From a virus (lineage: Duplodnaviria; Caudoviricetes), in IMG/VR virus record IMGVR_UViG_3300021963_000148, positions 1 through 58,422 of that record: 58,422 nt of DNA; one strand, written 5' to 3'. Below, one piece after another: positions 20,325 to 32,000 of the stretch. The notes beneath the pieces are model-generated. The model ran no database searches. It worked only from the letters and a program-made list of their open reading frames with translations, and had not been told where the DNA came from. Both the position numbers and the translations under genes were made by a program. Within the stretch, counting starts at the first letter, position 1, and the number at the start of each line of letters is the position of its first letter.

Positions 20325-20969
20325 ATGAGAAAAGCATTTACTTTTTTATTACCAGATGAACCATATAAAACAACCACTGTTAACAATTATACAGTGAATG
20401 CTGTTTATACAGGTCCAAGATATCTTGCCCTATGCGTAATTGACGCTACTGGCGAGATCAAATATATTGCCAAACGTGCTGACACTGAAGCAGAATTAAA
20501 TTTTGAAGCATTAGTCGATGACGATCCAGAAACTACTTTTATTAAATTAGACGCAGATGTGCACACATATCAAGCAGCATATTTGACCAATTCCTACGAA
20601 TACGCCCAAGAAATTTCAGATTACGAAGAAGATGTCCCTGGCGGAAAATACACATATCAATACGATCAAAAGCAAGGCGCATTGGGTCAATGTCGTTGGG
20701 TTAATGACTTGAAATACGTTGACGGAAATTACGTAGGTCCAAGATTCCGTGAGCATGCCAATTCTAGAGCAAGTTTTTTTGAAAGTATAAAACTTGTGAT
20801 TCCTGCGATTGAAAATGCTATTTCACAGCGTGTTGAAAATCTTTATACAGACGAAGATGTTCAAAAATTAGAAGATCATTTAGATTTTTTAAAAAATATT
20901 GAAACAACATACGCAGGTGTTGACCACTGGAAAATTCCTTTCCCAAGCGATTTGCCAAATTACTATTAA
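20325..20969 (+). CDS. Hypothetical protein, possible tail-fibre assembly chaperone
   Basis: Acidic 214 aa ORF directly after the fibre paralogues; its C-terminus (LDFLKNIE...WKIPFP) loosely resembles tail assembly chaperone ends. Confidence 0.4.
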   Translation: MRKAFTFLLPDEPYKTTTVNNYTVNAVYTGPRYLALCVIDATGEIKYIAKRADTEAELNFEALVDDDPETTFIKLDADVHTYQAAYLTNSYEYAQEISDYEEDVPGGKYTYQYDQKQGALGQCRWVNDLKYVDGNYVGPRFREHANSRASFFESIKLVIPAIENAISQRVENLYTDEDVQKLEDHLDFLKNIETTYAGVDHWKIPFPSDLPNYY

Positions 20970-20987
20970 AAATACTTGAACCAAGAT

Positions 20988-21033
20988 TAGGTTCTGTGTT
21001 ATTATTGTTTGATACATAGTAACACAGAACCTA
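20988..21033 (+). repeat. 14-bp perfect inverted repeat (TAGGTTCTGTGTTA / TAACACAGAACCTA)
   Basis: Arms at 20988-21001 and 21020-21033; the loop contains GATACATA. Confidence 0.85.
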
Positions 21034-21049
21034 TTTTCTTGGAGTATAA

Positions 21050-21994
21050 ATGGAGAAACGCTCTAAAGCATTTTTTATCAACGGCGGTGCGGGCCGTATG
21101 TTATGTTCAGTACCCGCATTTGAAAAATATGAACAAGAGTCCGGCGATAAAGATTTTATCATAGTCTGCGAAGGCGGAACGGATGTGTTCAAAGGGCATC
21201 CTACCTTAGATTCTAGGACCTATGATGTTTGGCACAAAAATCTTTTTGTAGAAAAACTCAAAGACAAAGACATCTATACCATAGAACCTTATCGTGTTTG
21301 GGAATATTACAATCAAAAATGTAGTATTGCTCAAGCAATAGATATTGAAATTAATAAACAAGGTATTAGAGAATTATCAAAACCCACACTACGACTAAGC
21401 AAAGACGAGTTAATTGCTGGTCGTCAATTAATCAGCGAAGTTAAAAAGAAACTAAAAAAAGAAAAAGTAATAGTATTCCAGCCATTTGGCCGTGGCATTG
21501 AATATCTCGATGAATCATTTGTAGACAGAACTTCTAGAAGCATTGAATATAAAGATGTTAAAAAAATAATTCAAAAACTTCAAGAAAAGGGGTTTGCTGT
21601 AATAATGATGAGCGAAATAAAACTTGATTTAACTCAAGAAAAAAATATCAAAGATGAAATAGCATTTCCAGAAAATGTATCAATTAGACAATGGGCTGCT
21701 GTGATAAAATACGCTGATCACTTTTTAGGGTGTGATAGTTTAGGACAACACCTTGCTTATTCTATGGATAGGCCATCGACTGTAGTGTTTGGCTCTACGT
21801 ATCCTATAAATGTTTCTTATCCTAACGCTAAGAACTTTAATATTTTAGACATGGGTGAAGAACTTCGAGAATACAGTCCTATTAGAATCACTATGGATGA
21901 GCGCATTGATAGAAAACATGAAAGTCTTATGACAATGACTCCTGAAATTATTGACTATGTAGTTGACGCTGTAATAGGAAAACATAAAAAATGA
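21050..21994 (+). CDS. GT9-like (heptosyltransferase-family) glycosyltransferase
   Basis: N-terminal GGAGR..., VIVFQPFG, and WAAVIKYADHFLGCDSLGQHLAYSMDRPSTVVFGST matching the GT9 D-S-x-x-x-H-L-A...V-F-G-x-T signature; GGAG RBS. Confidence 0.7.
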   Translation: MEKRSKAFFINGGAGRMLCSVPAFEKYEQESGDKDFIIVCEGGTDVFKGHPTLDSRTYDVWHKNLFVEKLKDKDIYTIEPYRVWEYYNQKCSIAQAIDIEINKQGIRELSKPTLRLSKDELIAGRQLISEVKKKLKKEKVIVFQPFGRGIEYLDESFVDRTSRSIEYKDVKKIIQKLQEKGFAVIMMSEIKLDLTQEKNIKDEIAFPENVSIRQWAAVIKYADHFLGCDSLGQHLAYSMDRPSTVVFGSTYPINVSYPNAKNFNILDMGEELREYSPIRITMDERIDRKHESLMTMTPEIIDYVVDAVIGKHKK

Positions 21995-23820
21995 ACACTG
22001 AACAACAAGATTTAACTCCAAAATTAAAAACAGGGTGGATAGCAGCCATAGCACGTGGCCATAACTCTGGAGTTTGTTTATTAAAAGACGGAGAAATTGT
22101 ATTTTCTATAGAAGAAGAAAGATTGACACGCCACAAGTACGACGGCGGCCCATATGCTTCTATAATGAAAATTTTAGAGTATACTGATAAATTAGATTAT
22201 CTAGTCGTTGCTCACACACAGAAATTAAATGATACTGCTGGCCGAGTTGACTACACCGGAGACGATGTGTATACCGGGCTAGCTCGTAAAATGGGATTGA
22301 TTGATCGAAAAGCCAATCTCTACAATCACCCACAGGTCATTGATCTTAGCTTTTTACATCATAAATTACATGCTGCTTGTGCTTTTTACAGATCAGGATG
22401 GGAAGAAGCTGTTTCTTTAATTGTTGATGGTGCTGGAACATTCATTCCTTTATCCTATGATAATCAACAGATATGGAGTTACGAAGTAGAGACAATTGTT
22501 GACTGTGCGTATCCTTCTCAATTTACTACCTTATACAAACATTACGGTGTGCGTGAAGGTATCCCAGCACAGTATTATGACAAACTTCCTTCTGATCAGT
22601 TTGGCGAAGCTGGAGAATTTCATCAAGCATGGGTTTCTGACCGAGCCGGTATTGTTAAAACCTACGAAGGTGTTACAGAGTACTGCGGCTTTACTGCTAT
22701 TGAAGCAGGAAAGACCATGGGATTGTTTCCATACGGTAAGCCTAACGATAAGATACCTAAGTTATTTGAATCAAACTCAAAGTTTCCTGTTTCAAACAGA
22801 AACTTAATTGTTCCAATGTATCCATCGAGTTCAACAGTTAACGCAAACCTTTTTGATTTTTTAGATGAAAATCCAGAAGATGAAAAAACTGATGTTACTA
22901 CTTTACAGAATCGTAGAGATATGGCCTACGCTGTACAGACTGAAACACAAGAACAAGTTTTAAAATTAATTCGAAAAGCTTCTGAAATGAGTGGTAAGAA
23001 GCGAGTAGTGATCAGTGGAGGTTATGGTTTAAATTGTGTAGCCAACTATTATTACTTAGAACATCTTAAAAACGAAGGTATTGAAATTTATGTAGAACCA
23101 ATTTCAAACGATGCCGGTACTGCGATGGGAGCAGCATTGATGTTTTGGCATGCCTTAGACGACAACATGACAATTCAAAAACTCGATACGTTGTATCTTG
23201 GACCAGTTCATACATACACACAATCTGAAATTGAAGAAAAAGTTAAATTTGCTGGAGGCAAGCTGACTGATGCCACACACAAAGATGTTGTTAAACTGTT
23301 ACGTGAAAAGAACATTGTTACGATATTTCAAGGACGTTCAGAAAACGGTCCAAGAGCATTAGGCAATCGTTCAGTGCTTTTTGACCCTACATTTCCAGAT
23401 GGCAAGGACTATGTAAATCAAGTAAAACATCGCGAATACTTCCGACCATTTGCTGGCAGTATTTTAGAAGAAGATGCGCACGATTGGTTTGATCTACGTG
23501 GAATGAAAAACAGCCCACACATGATGTACGCTGTAAATTGCCAGCCCGGTGTTGAAGAAAAGATTCCAAGTATTATTCATGAAGATCATACTTGTCGTAT
23601 TCAAACAGTTAATCCTGAGCAAAACAAACATTATTATGATTTGATCAAAGCATTTAAAGACGAAACTGGAATCCCTATTTTGTTTAATACTAGTTTTAAT
23701 TTGGGCGGAGATCCGTTAGTTGAAACTCTAGATGATGCTATAGATACGCTGATGCGCAGTGATATTGAATATTTGTATTTGCCCGAATATGGCAAGCTAA
23801 TAAAAATAGAAAACAGCTAA
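21991..23820 (+). CDS. Carbamoyltransferase, NodU/CmcH/TobZ family
   Basis: EEERLTRHK, HHKLHAACAF, VDGAG, GKTMGL, SGGYGLNCVAN, NDAGTAMGA, GPRALGNRS, KHREYFRPFA, NTSFN; ATGA overlap with the GT gene. Confidence 0.92.
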   Translation: MNTEQQDLTPKLKTGWIAAIARGHNSGVCLLKDGEIVFSIEEERLTRHKYDGGPYASIMKILEYTDKLDYLVVAHTQKLNDTAGRVDYTGDDVYTGLARKMGLIDRKANLYNHPQVIDLSFLHHKLHAACAFYRSGWEEAVSLIVDGAGTFIPLSYDNQQIWSYEVETIVDCAYPSQFTTLYKHYGVREGIPAQYYDKLPSDQFGEAGEFHQAWVSDRAGIVKTYEGVTEYCGFTAIEAGKTMGLFPYGKPNDKIPKLFESNSKFPVSNRNLIVPMYPSSSTVNANLFDFLDENPEDEKTDVTTLQNRRDMAYAVQTETQEQVLKLIRKASEMSGKKRVVISGGYGLNCVANYYYLEHLKNEGIEIYVEPISNDAGTAMGAALMFWHALDDNMTIQKLDTLYLGPVHTYTQSEIEEKVKFAGGKLTDATHKDVVKLLREKNIVTIFQGRSENGPRALGNRSVLFDPTFPDGKDYVNQVKHREYFRPFAGSILEEDAHDWFDLRGMKNSPHMMYAVNCQPGVEEKIPSIIHEDHTCRIQTVNPEQNKHYYDLIKAFKDETGIPILFNTSFNLGGDPLVETLDDAIDTLMRSDIEYLYLPEYGKLIKIENS

Positions 23821-23824
23821 AAAC

Positions 23825-23845
23825 ACCCCCGCAAGGGGGTTTTTT
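23825..23845 (+). terminator. Rho-independent terminator
   Basis: ACCCCC-GCAA-GGGGGT followed by TTTTT. Confidence 0.85.
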
Positions 23846-23861
23846 ATTATATTCAAAATCT

Positions 23862-23869
23862 GTTAAATA
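23862..23869 (+). promoter_or_regulatory. Late promoter-like GTTAAATA
   Basis: TAAATA core between the terminator and the 23891 start. Confidence 0.5.
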
Positions 23870-23890
23870 CATAATAACCTCGAGCGAGCT

Positions 23891-25453
23891 ATGGCAGATT
23901 TTAACAAGTATTTTGTACCTAATGTAAAAAACACCCTACAAGTCAAAAATGGGGTGAATTTTCTTCACAAAGGCCCATGGATACAGATCTTTGATGATAC
24001 TGAAATCGACAGATGGTATGTTGGCGATTTTGCCAGCGCCAGCTATCAGCTTTCCATCGAGTTTAATTCAAACAAAAAAGAAACACTACAGGTATTAGTT
24101 GTAGCTAGACCAGATTACGCAAATTATTCTATTATTGGTCGAGTTGCCATCGACGACGAACTTGTAGATATTTCAGCTACTGTTAATAACAGCTATCTTA
24201 GTTTAAAATTGTCACCTAAAATTCCAGCATATCGTGGAATGAAAGCAATTTATAAAGCAAACTACTCAGGTGTTTTAAACGAAATTGAACGTCCGGCCAC
24301 TCCAACGTTTTTAGTACCTTCGACAGTGCCTTCAACACCGGGCACTGGTGGTGGCGGTGGGTCAAGTGTAGACTTAGGTTCAATCACACAAGACATTGTT
24401 CCGTCAACTGCTGGCTCTGTAAATTTAGGATCTTTGGCAAATAATTGGAATGACCTGTATCTACAAAATTCTATAGTGTTAAACGGTGCTGTTATATCTA
24501 GCACAGGATCAAATGCTATCGAATTACCATTTGGATCTACTATTGGCGGCACAGCATTAAATTTCTTTTCTAGACTAGCAGTTTCAGGCGAAAGCGATGT
24601 TGTTGCTGAAACACCAAACGACACAGTTACACTAGTAGCAGGAACTGGCATTAGCATATCCACTGACCCACTAACTGACTCAATAGTAATTACAAATACA
24701 GGTAGCGGCACTGAAGGCGGTGGTGGCGGGGGCGGTAGTACATCATTGTCAAACTCATTTACAACTATAGCCGTGTTGGGCCAATCAAACGTAGTTGCTG
24801 ATACTCCGTCAGACACGTTAACTTTAGTAGCCGGCAGCGGAATGACTATATCTACTAATGCTGCTGCTGATACTATTATATTTTCTTCCACAGGTGGCAG
24901 CGGAGGTGGCAGCGGAGGTACAGCAGCATCTGTGCTTGTTCAAGAAATTACAACAGGAATATTTCCGTTAGTAGTATCAACAGGAGTTGATTCTGTATCA
25001 GGACAATCTCTGTATGCTGACACGGCGGTAACACTAAACACTGCTACAAATGTTTTAACTGTTACTGCTACACAAGCACAATGGGCGGACTTAGCAGAAA
25101 ATTATCAAGCAGATTTTAACTATGCCCCAGGGACTGTGTTAGAATTTGGTGGCGAATACGAAGTAACCGAAGCCACAGACGAAACAAGACGTGTAGCTGG
25201 AGTAGTATCAACTAGCCCAGCACATTTGATGAATAGTAAATTGATTGGAAATAATGTTGTTGCCATTGCTCTTCAAGGTCGTGTCCCATGTAAAGTTCGT
25301 GGAAAAATTAGAAAAGGCGATTTAATGGTAAGTGGCGGTGGCGGATACGCAAGACCAACACAGGATCCTAAAATTGGCACAATCATTGGAAAAGCCCTAG
25401 AAGACTTTAACGATGTTGAAGGTGTTATAGAAGTGGTAGTAGGCAGGCTATAA
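23891..25453 (+). CDS. Tail fibre protein with C-terminal intramolecular chaperone/peptidase G2-like domain
   Basis: C-terminal WADLAENY.AD..Y.PGTV...VAGVVSTSPAHLMN...IALQGRVPCKV.G.I.KGDLMV...IIGKALE; two internal VVA(E/D)TP.DT.TLVAG.G repeats; Gly linkers. Confidence 0.75.
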   Translation: MADFNKYFVPNVKNTLQVKNGVNFLHKGPWIQIFDDTEIDRWYVGDFASASYQLSIEFNSNKKETLQVLVVARPDYANYSIIGRVAIDDELVDISATVNNSYLSLKLSPKIPAYRGMKAIYKANYSGVLNEIERPATPTFLVPSTVPSTPGTGGGGGSSVDLGSITQDIVPSTAGSVNLGSLANNWNDLYLQNSIVLNGAVISSTGSNAIELPFGSTIGGTALNFFSRLAVSGESDVVAETPNDTVTLVAGTGISISTDPLTDSIVITNTGSGTEGGGGGGGSTSLSNSFTTIAVLGQSNVVADTPSDTLTLVAGSGMTISTNAAADTIIFSSTGGSGGGSGGTAASVLVQEITTGIFPLVVSTGVDSVSGQSLYADTAVTLNTATNVLTVTATQAQWADLAENYQADFNYAPGTVLEFGGEYEVTEATDETRRVAGVVSTSPAHLMNSKLIGNNVVAIALQGRVPCKVRGKIRKGDLMVSGGGGYARPTQDPKIGTIIGKALEDFNDVEGVIEVVVGRL

Positions 25454-25456
25454 ATA
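25449..25456 (+). promoter_or_regulatory. T4-type late promoter TATAAATA
   Basis: Exact consensus overlapping the stop codon, 13 nt before the 25470 ATG. Confidence 0.65.
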
Positions 25457-25469
25457 CTCTGGATAAATT

Positions 25470-26021
25470 ATGACTGTAGGACAAAAAGCATTTAAAAGTG
25501 ATTTTGGGTATCAAAGCCCGGGATTTTCTGTTGACGATCAAGGAAACTTAATTGCTAATGATTTTATTCTTAGCGGTTCTGGTTCATTGTTTTCGTCTGG
25601 CGGCACCTCTTTAAACAGTATTGTAATAAACAGCAGTCTAAGAACATTAGGCACACTGACACAATTACAAGTCAATGGTGATGTATATCTTAAAAATAAC
25701 AATGTAAGCAGATTATCGATTGTATCGGGTCGTATTGTTATAAACAGCCAGACAGTAGGAACTGTTGACAACGTAAACATTGGTACGATAGCTCCCGGGA
25801 CTGTGTCAGCATACCAAGTAAATTTGGTAAGTAACGGTGTTAGTCCAGCTGGTTTGAATATAGATAATGCTGATATATCTGCGTCAGGCGCGGAAGTTAA
25901 CGGAATTATGACATTTGTTGACGGACTAGTAGTACCAATACCAACAACAGCAACACAAGCAGCAAGAAAAGATTATGTAGACAACTCAGTTATCGCTTTT
26001 GCGGTAGCATTTGGAGCCTAA
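25470..26021 (+). CDS. Short fibre-like structural protein
   Basis: SSLRTLGTLTQLQV and PTTATQAARKDYVD fibre motifs; hydrophobic IAFAVAFG end similar to the end of the first ORF. Confidence 0.6.
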   Translation: MTVGQKAFKSDFGYQSPGFSVDDQGNLIANDFILSGSGSLFSSGGTSLNSIVINSSLRTLGTLTQLQVNGDVYLKNNNVSRLSIVSGRIVINSQTVGTVDNVNIGTIAPGTVSAYQVNLVSNGVSPAGLNIDNADISASGAEVNGIMTFVDGLVVPIPTTATQAARKDYVDNSVIAFAVAFGA

Positions 26022-26030
26022 GAGAGAAAC

Positions 26031-29000
26031 ATGGCAAAGAAAAAGATTAACAATTACGTATTTAGACCGGGCATGAGTTACTTAGGTAACTTAAAACCAA
26101 ACGCCTACGCCAGTATATTAGCAAATAGAGAACACTTAAAAAAGGAACTGTCGGGTTTCATTAATCGTCGTGTTACTGTTGATACTGCGTTTCAATATTA
26201 TCCAGAAGCAATTCGATTATTAACTAATAATAGAACCTACATGCAATACGAAGTTGTTGCGTGGATACAATATCAAGTTGCTAATAATATTGCTCCGTTT
26301 GTTGGTTATACCTACGACAGTGCTAAATGTTTAAGAGATACATTGTATAATATCGATGCGTACATCCATGATTTACGTTACGGCGGCAATGAAGAAACAA
26401 GAAGGATCGCAGGGTTTTATTGGATTGGGTCAACGCCACAAATTGACGGTCCGCGAACTCCAGAAACTGCAGCATATACATTTCTAAGATCGTTAATCAA
26501 CAACTATATTTTAACTAGAACAGCAGCGCCTTCATATCAAGGCACATATTCTCAGTATACTACAAGTCCCTCGGCAGAATCTCAAGTTGCTTCAAAAGTT
26601 ACAGCTCTAACACAGATAACCATTGATGTAATAACCAACGGTCTAAGTTCTTTACCGGCTATTCAATACAAAGCATCTACCTATGAAAATTACACATATA
26701 GTGTAGAAAAATGCGAAAGAGATTTTGGTTTTGTTATTGACGCATATCTAAATGATTTACGATATGACGGTACCGAGGACACTACTCGTGTTGTTAAATT
26801 ATATTATGACGGCGATACACTTCAAGTTGACGGCAGCGGCCAAGCAGAAGTTGAAGCTCATCGATTTATTCGTGAAAGAATAAACTCAAATATTATACAA
26901 AACGTAGTAGGCACAGAAGATTATACAGAAGCCGTGCGACTGTTGACCGAAAATAAAACGTATCTTCAATACGAAGTTACTGCTTGGATTCAAGATCAAA
27001 TAGACACTGCTTCAAAATGTGTTCGAGATATTGGGTATCTTATAGACGGTGTTCAATATGATGTAGTGCTTGGAACAAATTATAACGCAGTCTTTTTAGG
27101 TCTAGCTGAATATAATTCTTTAGACAACGATTTTATTGTGTTAGATACTATTCGACGAGCAGGATTAGAAGTAGCAGACCTAACAGCAGTAGCAGCAAGC
27201 ACCGCTGCTACAACTAGAGCAACAACATTTTTTAACGAAGTTCGTGACATTGCTACTAACGGAAGAACTGCTGCCGATGTAATAACTTTCACAAACCCAA
27301 CATCAGCTACAGCTAGTCAAATTGCTGCCAAAGACAAACTAATAGCAAACAAAAATTTCCTAGCTGCCGAAGTCAATGCTTGGGTAGCTGACACATATCC
27401 GTTACACGATCATGACGAAGCAAAATGTACACGAGATGTCAAGTATGCCATAGACGCTATTTGTTACGACATACTGTATGGTGGCAATTCAGCCACATAC
27501 GATCAGGCTAAATTTTTCTTCTATGGATTTGCCAGCGGCGCACCTGGAATCGATCCAACACATAGATTACAAACTGTAGCAGCGTATGGAAGATTAAAAA
27601 CAATTATAGCTCAGGTAGTACAAGGAGTTCCAGTAATTAAAACAACTACTGGTTCAACTCCAAATACACTAACACAGGTAACTTCTGGTGCTAACGCCAG
27701 CTCTGGTGATGCTACTACTATACAAACATTGGTTCAAATCACTGCCGATGTTGTTAACGCTACGACACAAGCAGCAGCAAATTTAATACTAGCATCTATA
27801 CCCAGAACCTTACCAAATGTTTCGTGGGCACCTACCGCATTACAAAATGCGCAGTCGGCAATAGCAGCCGCAAAAACAACTATTGTTAACGGTGTTGTAG
27901 ATTTCAATGGATTCACTTACGATCAAGCCAAATGTATTCGAGATGCTGGCTATGTGATAGACGCTTATATCTATGATCTACGATATAACGGTAACGAAGA
28001 AACTTATCGTGTTACTACAAAATATTATTATGGCAACGAAATACAAGTTGACGGCGATAGATATCCAGAAGCCTATGCTCATACTTTCTTAAGAAATACT
28101 ATTAACAATTACATATTACCTCGTATTGTTGCGCCGTCTTTTCAAAATGTCTACACACAGGTAACAACTTCTCCGTCGGCCGAAAGTGGTGCTACTTCAA
28201 GAATTACTGCTCTATCTGATGTGTTGATTAATTTGTTGTTAAATGGAACTGGATCATTGCCAGCAATATCATATAGAACTGTTCCATATCAAGTGTTAAC
28301 TCCCCAAGTAGTAACAGTTGGTCTAACCCCAGAAACCGGAGCAGCAGCAAAAATAGTCGAATTGTCAAATATTTTGTTAACATTAATTCCTGGCGGTCTT
28401 AGTGTATTGGCAACACCAATATCAAGTACATATGGTCGACTTAAAATTCAAGGCAAATATACTACCGATGATTTTTTACTGATCACTAATACGTCAACAA
28501 ATAATATTATCTACAATTTTAGTAACATCGACACCGGTGGAACTATTGAACAAGAAGTACTAGAAGACGACGATTTTGTTAAGTTTTTACAAACAACCGA
28601 TGGAGTCACATCGATTAAACTTAACTACGACACGTCGTCAATGAGCAGCAACGATGACATACAAATTTTTGTTGAAAATTCAGAACAGATAGTAAGACCT
28701 TATGATTTTGGCACTGACGCTATTGAACGGCATCGTGTGGCAACACCGCAAAGTATGTTAGATGCTGACTTTGAATACGGTCTCCAACCAACTAAGTGGC
28801 AGGCTATTGCTGTAGCTCGAGGTTATCCAAGTATATACGAAATTCCAGGTACTGATCAAGATGTAACCAGTATTTTGTCAGACGCTTCTGCTGGAACTAG
28901 TGGCGTTGGCGGTTCACTGATCACTGTTACAACTAATTCATCACATGGATTTAGTGTAGGAACTCCAGTTACTATTAGAGGACTAACGCAATCAATACCT

Positions 29001-32000
29001 AGTGTGTCTAGAGCAGAAGGTTCTTTCGTTATCACAGCAGTTCCAACAAATAGAACATTTTCATACTATGCCAAAGCAAGAGTCGGAACAGCAAACCCTA
29101 CAGAGCTGTCAACGACCTTTGCGCAAATTAGACAGGGCGGCTTTTATACCGGTGCTGAAATTGGAACCCCTGTATTCACAGTGACTAGTAATGGTACTAG
29201 CGGAACATTATCTACAGCTTGGAATATTGCCACAAGTTCTAACAGAATAGCATTTACAGGAACTGCTCCGGAACTAGGAGCACCAATAACAGGCACCGGC
29301 CTTGGTGTTGGTTCACAGGTAACTTCAATATTGGGCACCGGCGGTGTAGTAGTTACTCCGTTACTGACTGCTGATTATCCAATAGGCACAACAGTAGTGT
29401 CTGTGTCCAGCACCAGTAGTGTACAAGTTGGACTTGGAGTCAGCGATGGCTCAGGCACAGCAACATTTGTTACAGAAATTAACGGATTAGATCTTACATT
29501 ATCAAGACCTTTAGCAGCAGCTATCAAAGGAAACACAGTTACCTATAGTGGTATATCTGGGACTAATGTCGTAGGTATAGGTAGCAGCGCAACCTTTGAT
29601 ATTACTAGAGATAATACAACCACTTACTCATCAATAATTCTTAATACGCCCGGCACTGATTATGCTGAAGGCGACACTATTAAAATATTAGGCACTGCTC
29701 TTGGCGGCACATCCACAGCAAATGACCTTTATTTAAACGTTGAAACAATTGGCGGTGGTGGATCTATAGTGAGTGTATCTGTTATTGAGGGTGAGGCAAA
29801 TCCTGTAGCTAATCAAACAGTAACAGGTGTTGACAACACTGTTTATACCACAGCAGCAGCAGGAACTGGAGCAGTATTCCAAGTAACAAGATCAGGTAGT
29901 GCGTACACTGCTGGCATAACAACAGCAGGTTCAAATTATTCAAACAGTGAAACTTTTACAGTTCCAGGAACTGTGTTTACCCTTGGAGCAAGTCCAGCAA
30001 ACGATGTTACTATAACTGTGTCACAGGTAGCAAATTCGTATACCAGTATAATACAAGATTCTACAACTGGCGTAGGCAGTGCTGCACAATTTTCAATATC
30101 AAGAAACGGCACTGTGTATTCAGTGACATTAACTAATCCGGGCTCGGCATACATTGACACCGAAGTGCTGACAATATTTGGCACACAACTTGGCGGAGCA
30201 TCGCCTGCTAACGATCTAACAATCAGCGTAGTGTCTACAACGCTCACTGGCGGCATATCTACATTTACAAGTTCAGGATTGGCCAGCAATTTATCAGGAG
30301 CAATCACTGAAGTTGCTGTAACAGGTACTGGAGCATATCAAGTTACCTATACAAATATTGGTGGTTCAAATGTAGCAGCTCTGGGCACATCGGCACAATT
30401 TACTGTGACTAGAACTGGTAGCACCTACAGCTCAATCACTGTTAGCAACGGCGGAACAAATTATCGTGTCGGAAATAAAATATTACTTAGCGGAACCTCA
30501 TTGGGCGGCGCAACCCCTACCAATGATGTTGAAGTAACTGTTGGCACAGTATCCACAGGTGCTATTGTAGATCCTATTTTTATAGGTACACATACTGCTT
30601 CTGCTGGATTTACGTTTGCTTTATATTCTTCAATCACAGTCAGCGAATTTACCACAGCAGTAATACCGCAATCTACTACATTGTCGTTTGCTGCGTTGGC
30701 TACTATTCGAGTAGACTTTTTAGCAGCGCACGGAATACCTCCAGGTGGAGCATTTATTGTAGTTCCTACGTCGGATAACGGCTCAAACAATCACACACTA
30801 GCTGGCGGCTCATACACAGCAACATCTATACCAACTGCTACTTCTTTAAGTTATCAAGCTAGAGCAGCTGGCTCGATTTCAGGAACAATTACTGGAAGAA
30901 TTTATGCAAGACCAGATTCGTTCTTTACACATAGACCATTTGATGGCGGTGTTCAATTGGGCACAGGCGGGCCACAACACGGAGTACAAGCAGTACGTCA
31001 AAGTAAAAAGTATATTCGTTATCAGTCTGGTAAAGGTATCATGTATACCACTGGTGCGTTATTTGCTCCAAGTTACGATATACAAAATATTGTTGCCGAA
31101 GGTGTTGAAGTTGGTTCAGTGATTACAATTACTTTAGATGAAAACGATCATGGTTTTCAAATTGGCGCAAAGGTAAGAATCACTGGAGTAATAACACCTG
31201 GGTACGACAGTAACACAGAATATTATCCAGACGAAGATTACACAGTTACTGAAGTTGTTAGCGAACGAGTATTTCGTGTAACAGCATTAAGAAGACTAGG
31301 ATCAAAAATTCCAACATTAGGATTTAGCTGTCAAGTATCTACCTTAAATTGGAAAGGTGCTGTGGTAAGAGCAGGTGCGTTTGATGATCAAAACGGCATG
31401 TTCTGGGAATACAATGGCGACGAACTAGCAGTAGTTCAACGCTCATCAACCAAACAGCTAGCTGGAACAATCACTGCTGTTCCAGGCAGTAACACAATCA
31501 TAGGAACAAACAGTCGTTTCTTAGATCAACTTAAAGCTGGTGATTTTGTAGTAGTCAAAGGAATGACACATGTGATCACCACAGTGGCCTCAGATACATC
31601 TATAACTGTTAATCCAGATTTCCGTGGTGTTAGCACAGTAACAGGCAGTAAAATATGTTTGGTTACAGACAAGCGAGTGCCTCAGCATGAGTTTAATCGA
31701 GATCGATTAGACGGTACTGGACCAAGCGGCTACAAAGTTGACATTACAAAAATGCAGATGATTGGTATCCAATACACTTGGTATGGTGCTGGATTTATTG
31801 ATTTTATGATACGTGGTAGCGATGGTAATTTTGTGTTTGCGCATCGTATGCGAAATTCCAACGTTAATTCAGAAGCGTTTATGCGTACTGGTAACTTGCC
31901 GGTGAGATATGAAGTTGCTAACTACGGTGCTGTGTCACGATTAACCAGCAGTATTTCACCTTCGGCGTCAACAATACCTGTAGAATCAACAGAATTTTTT

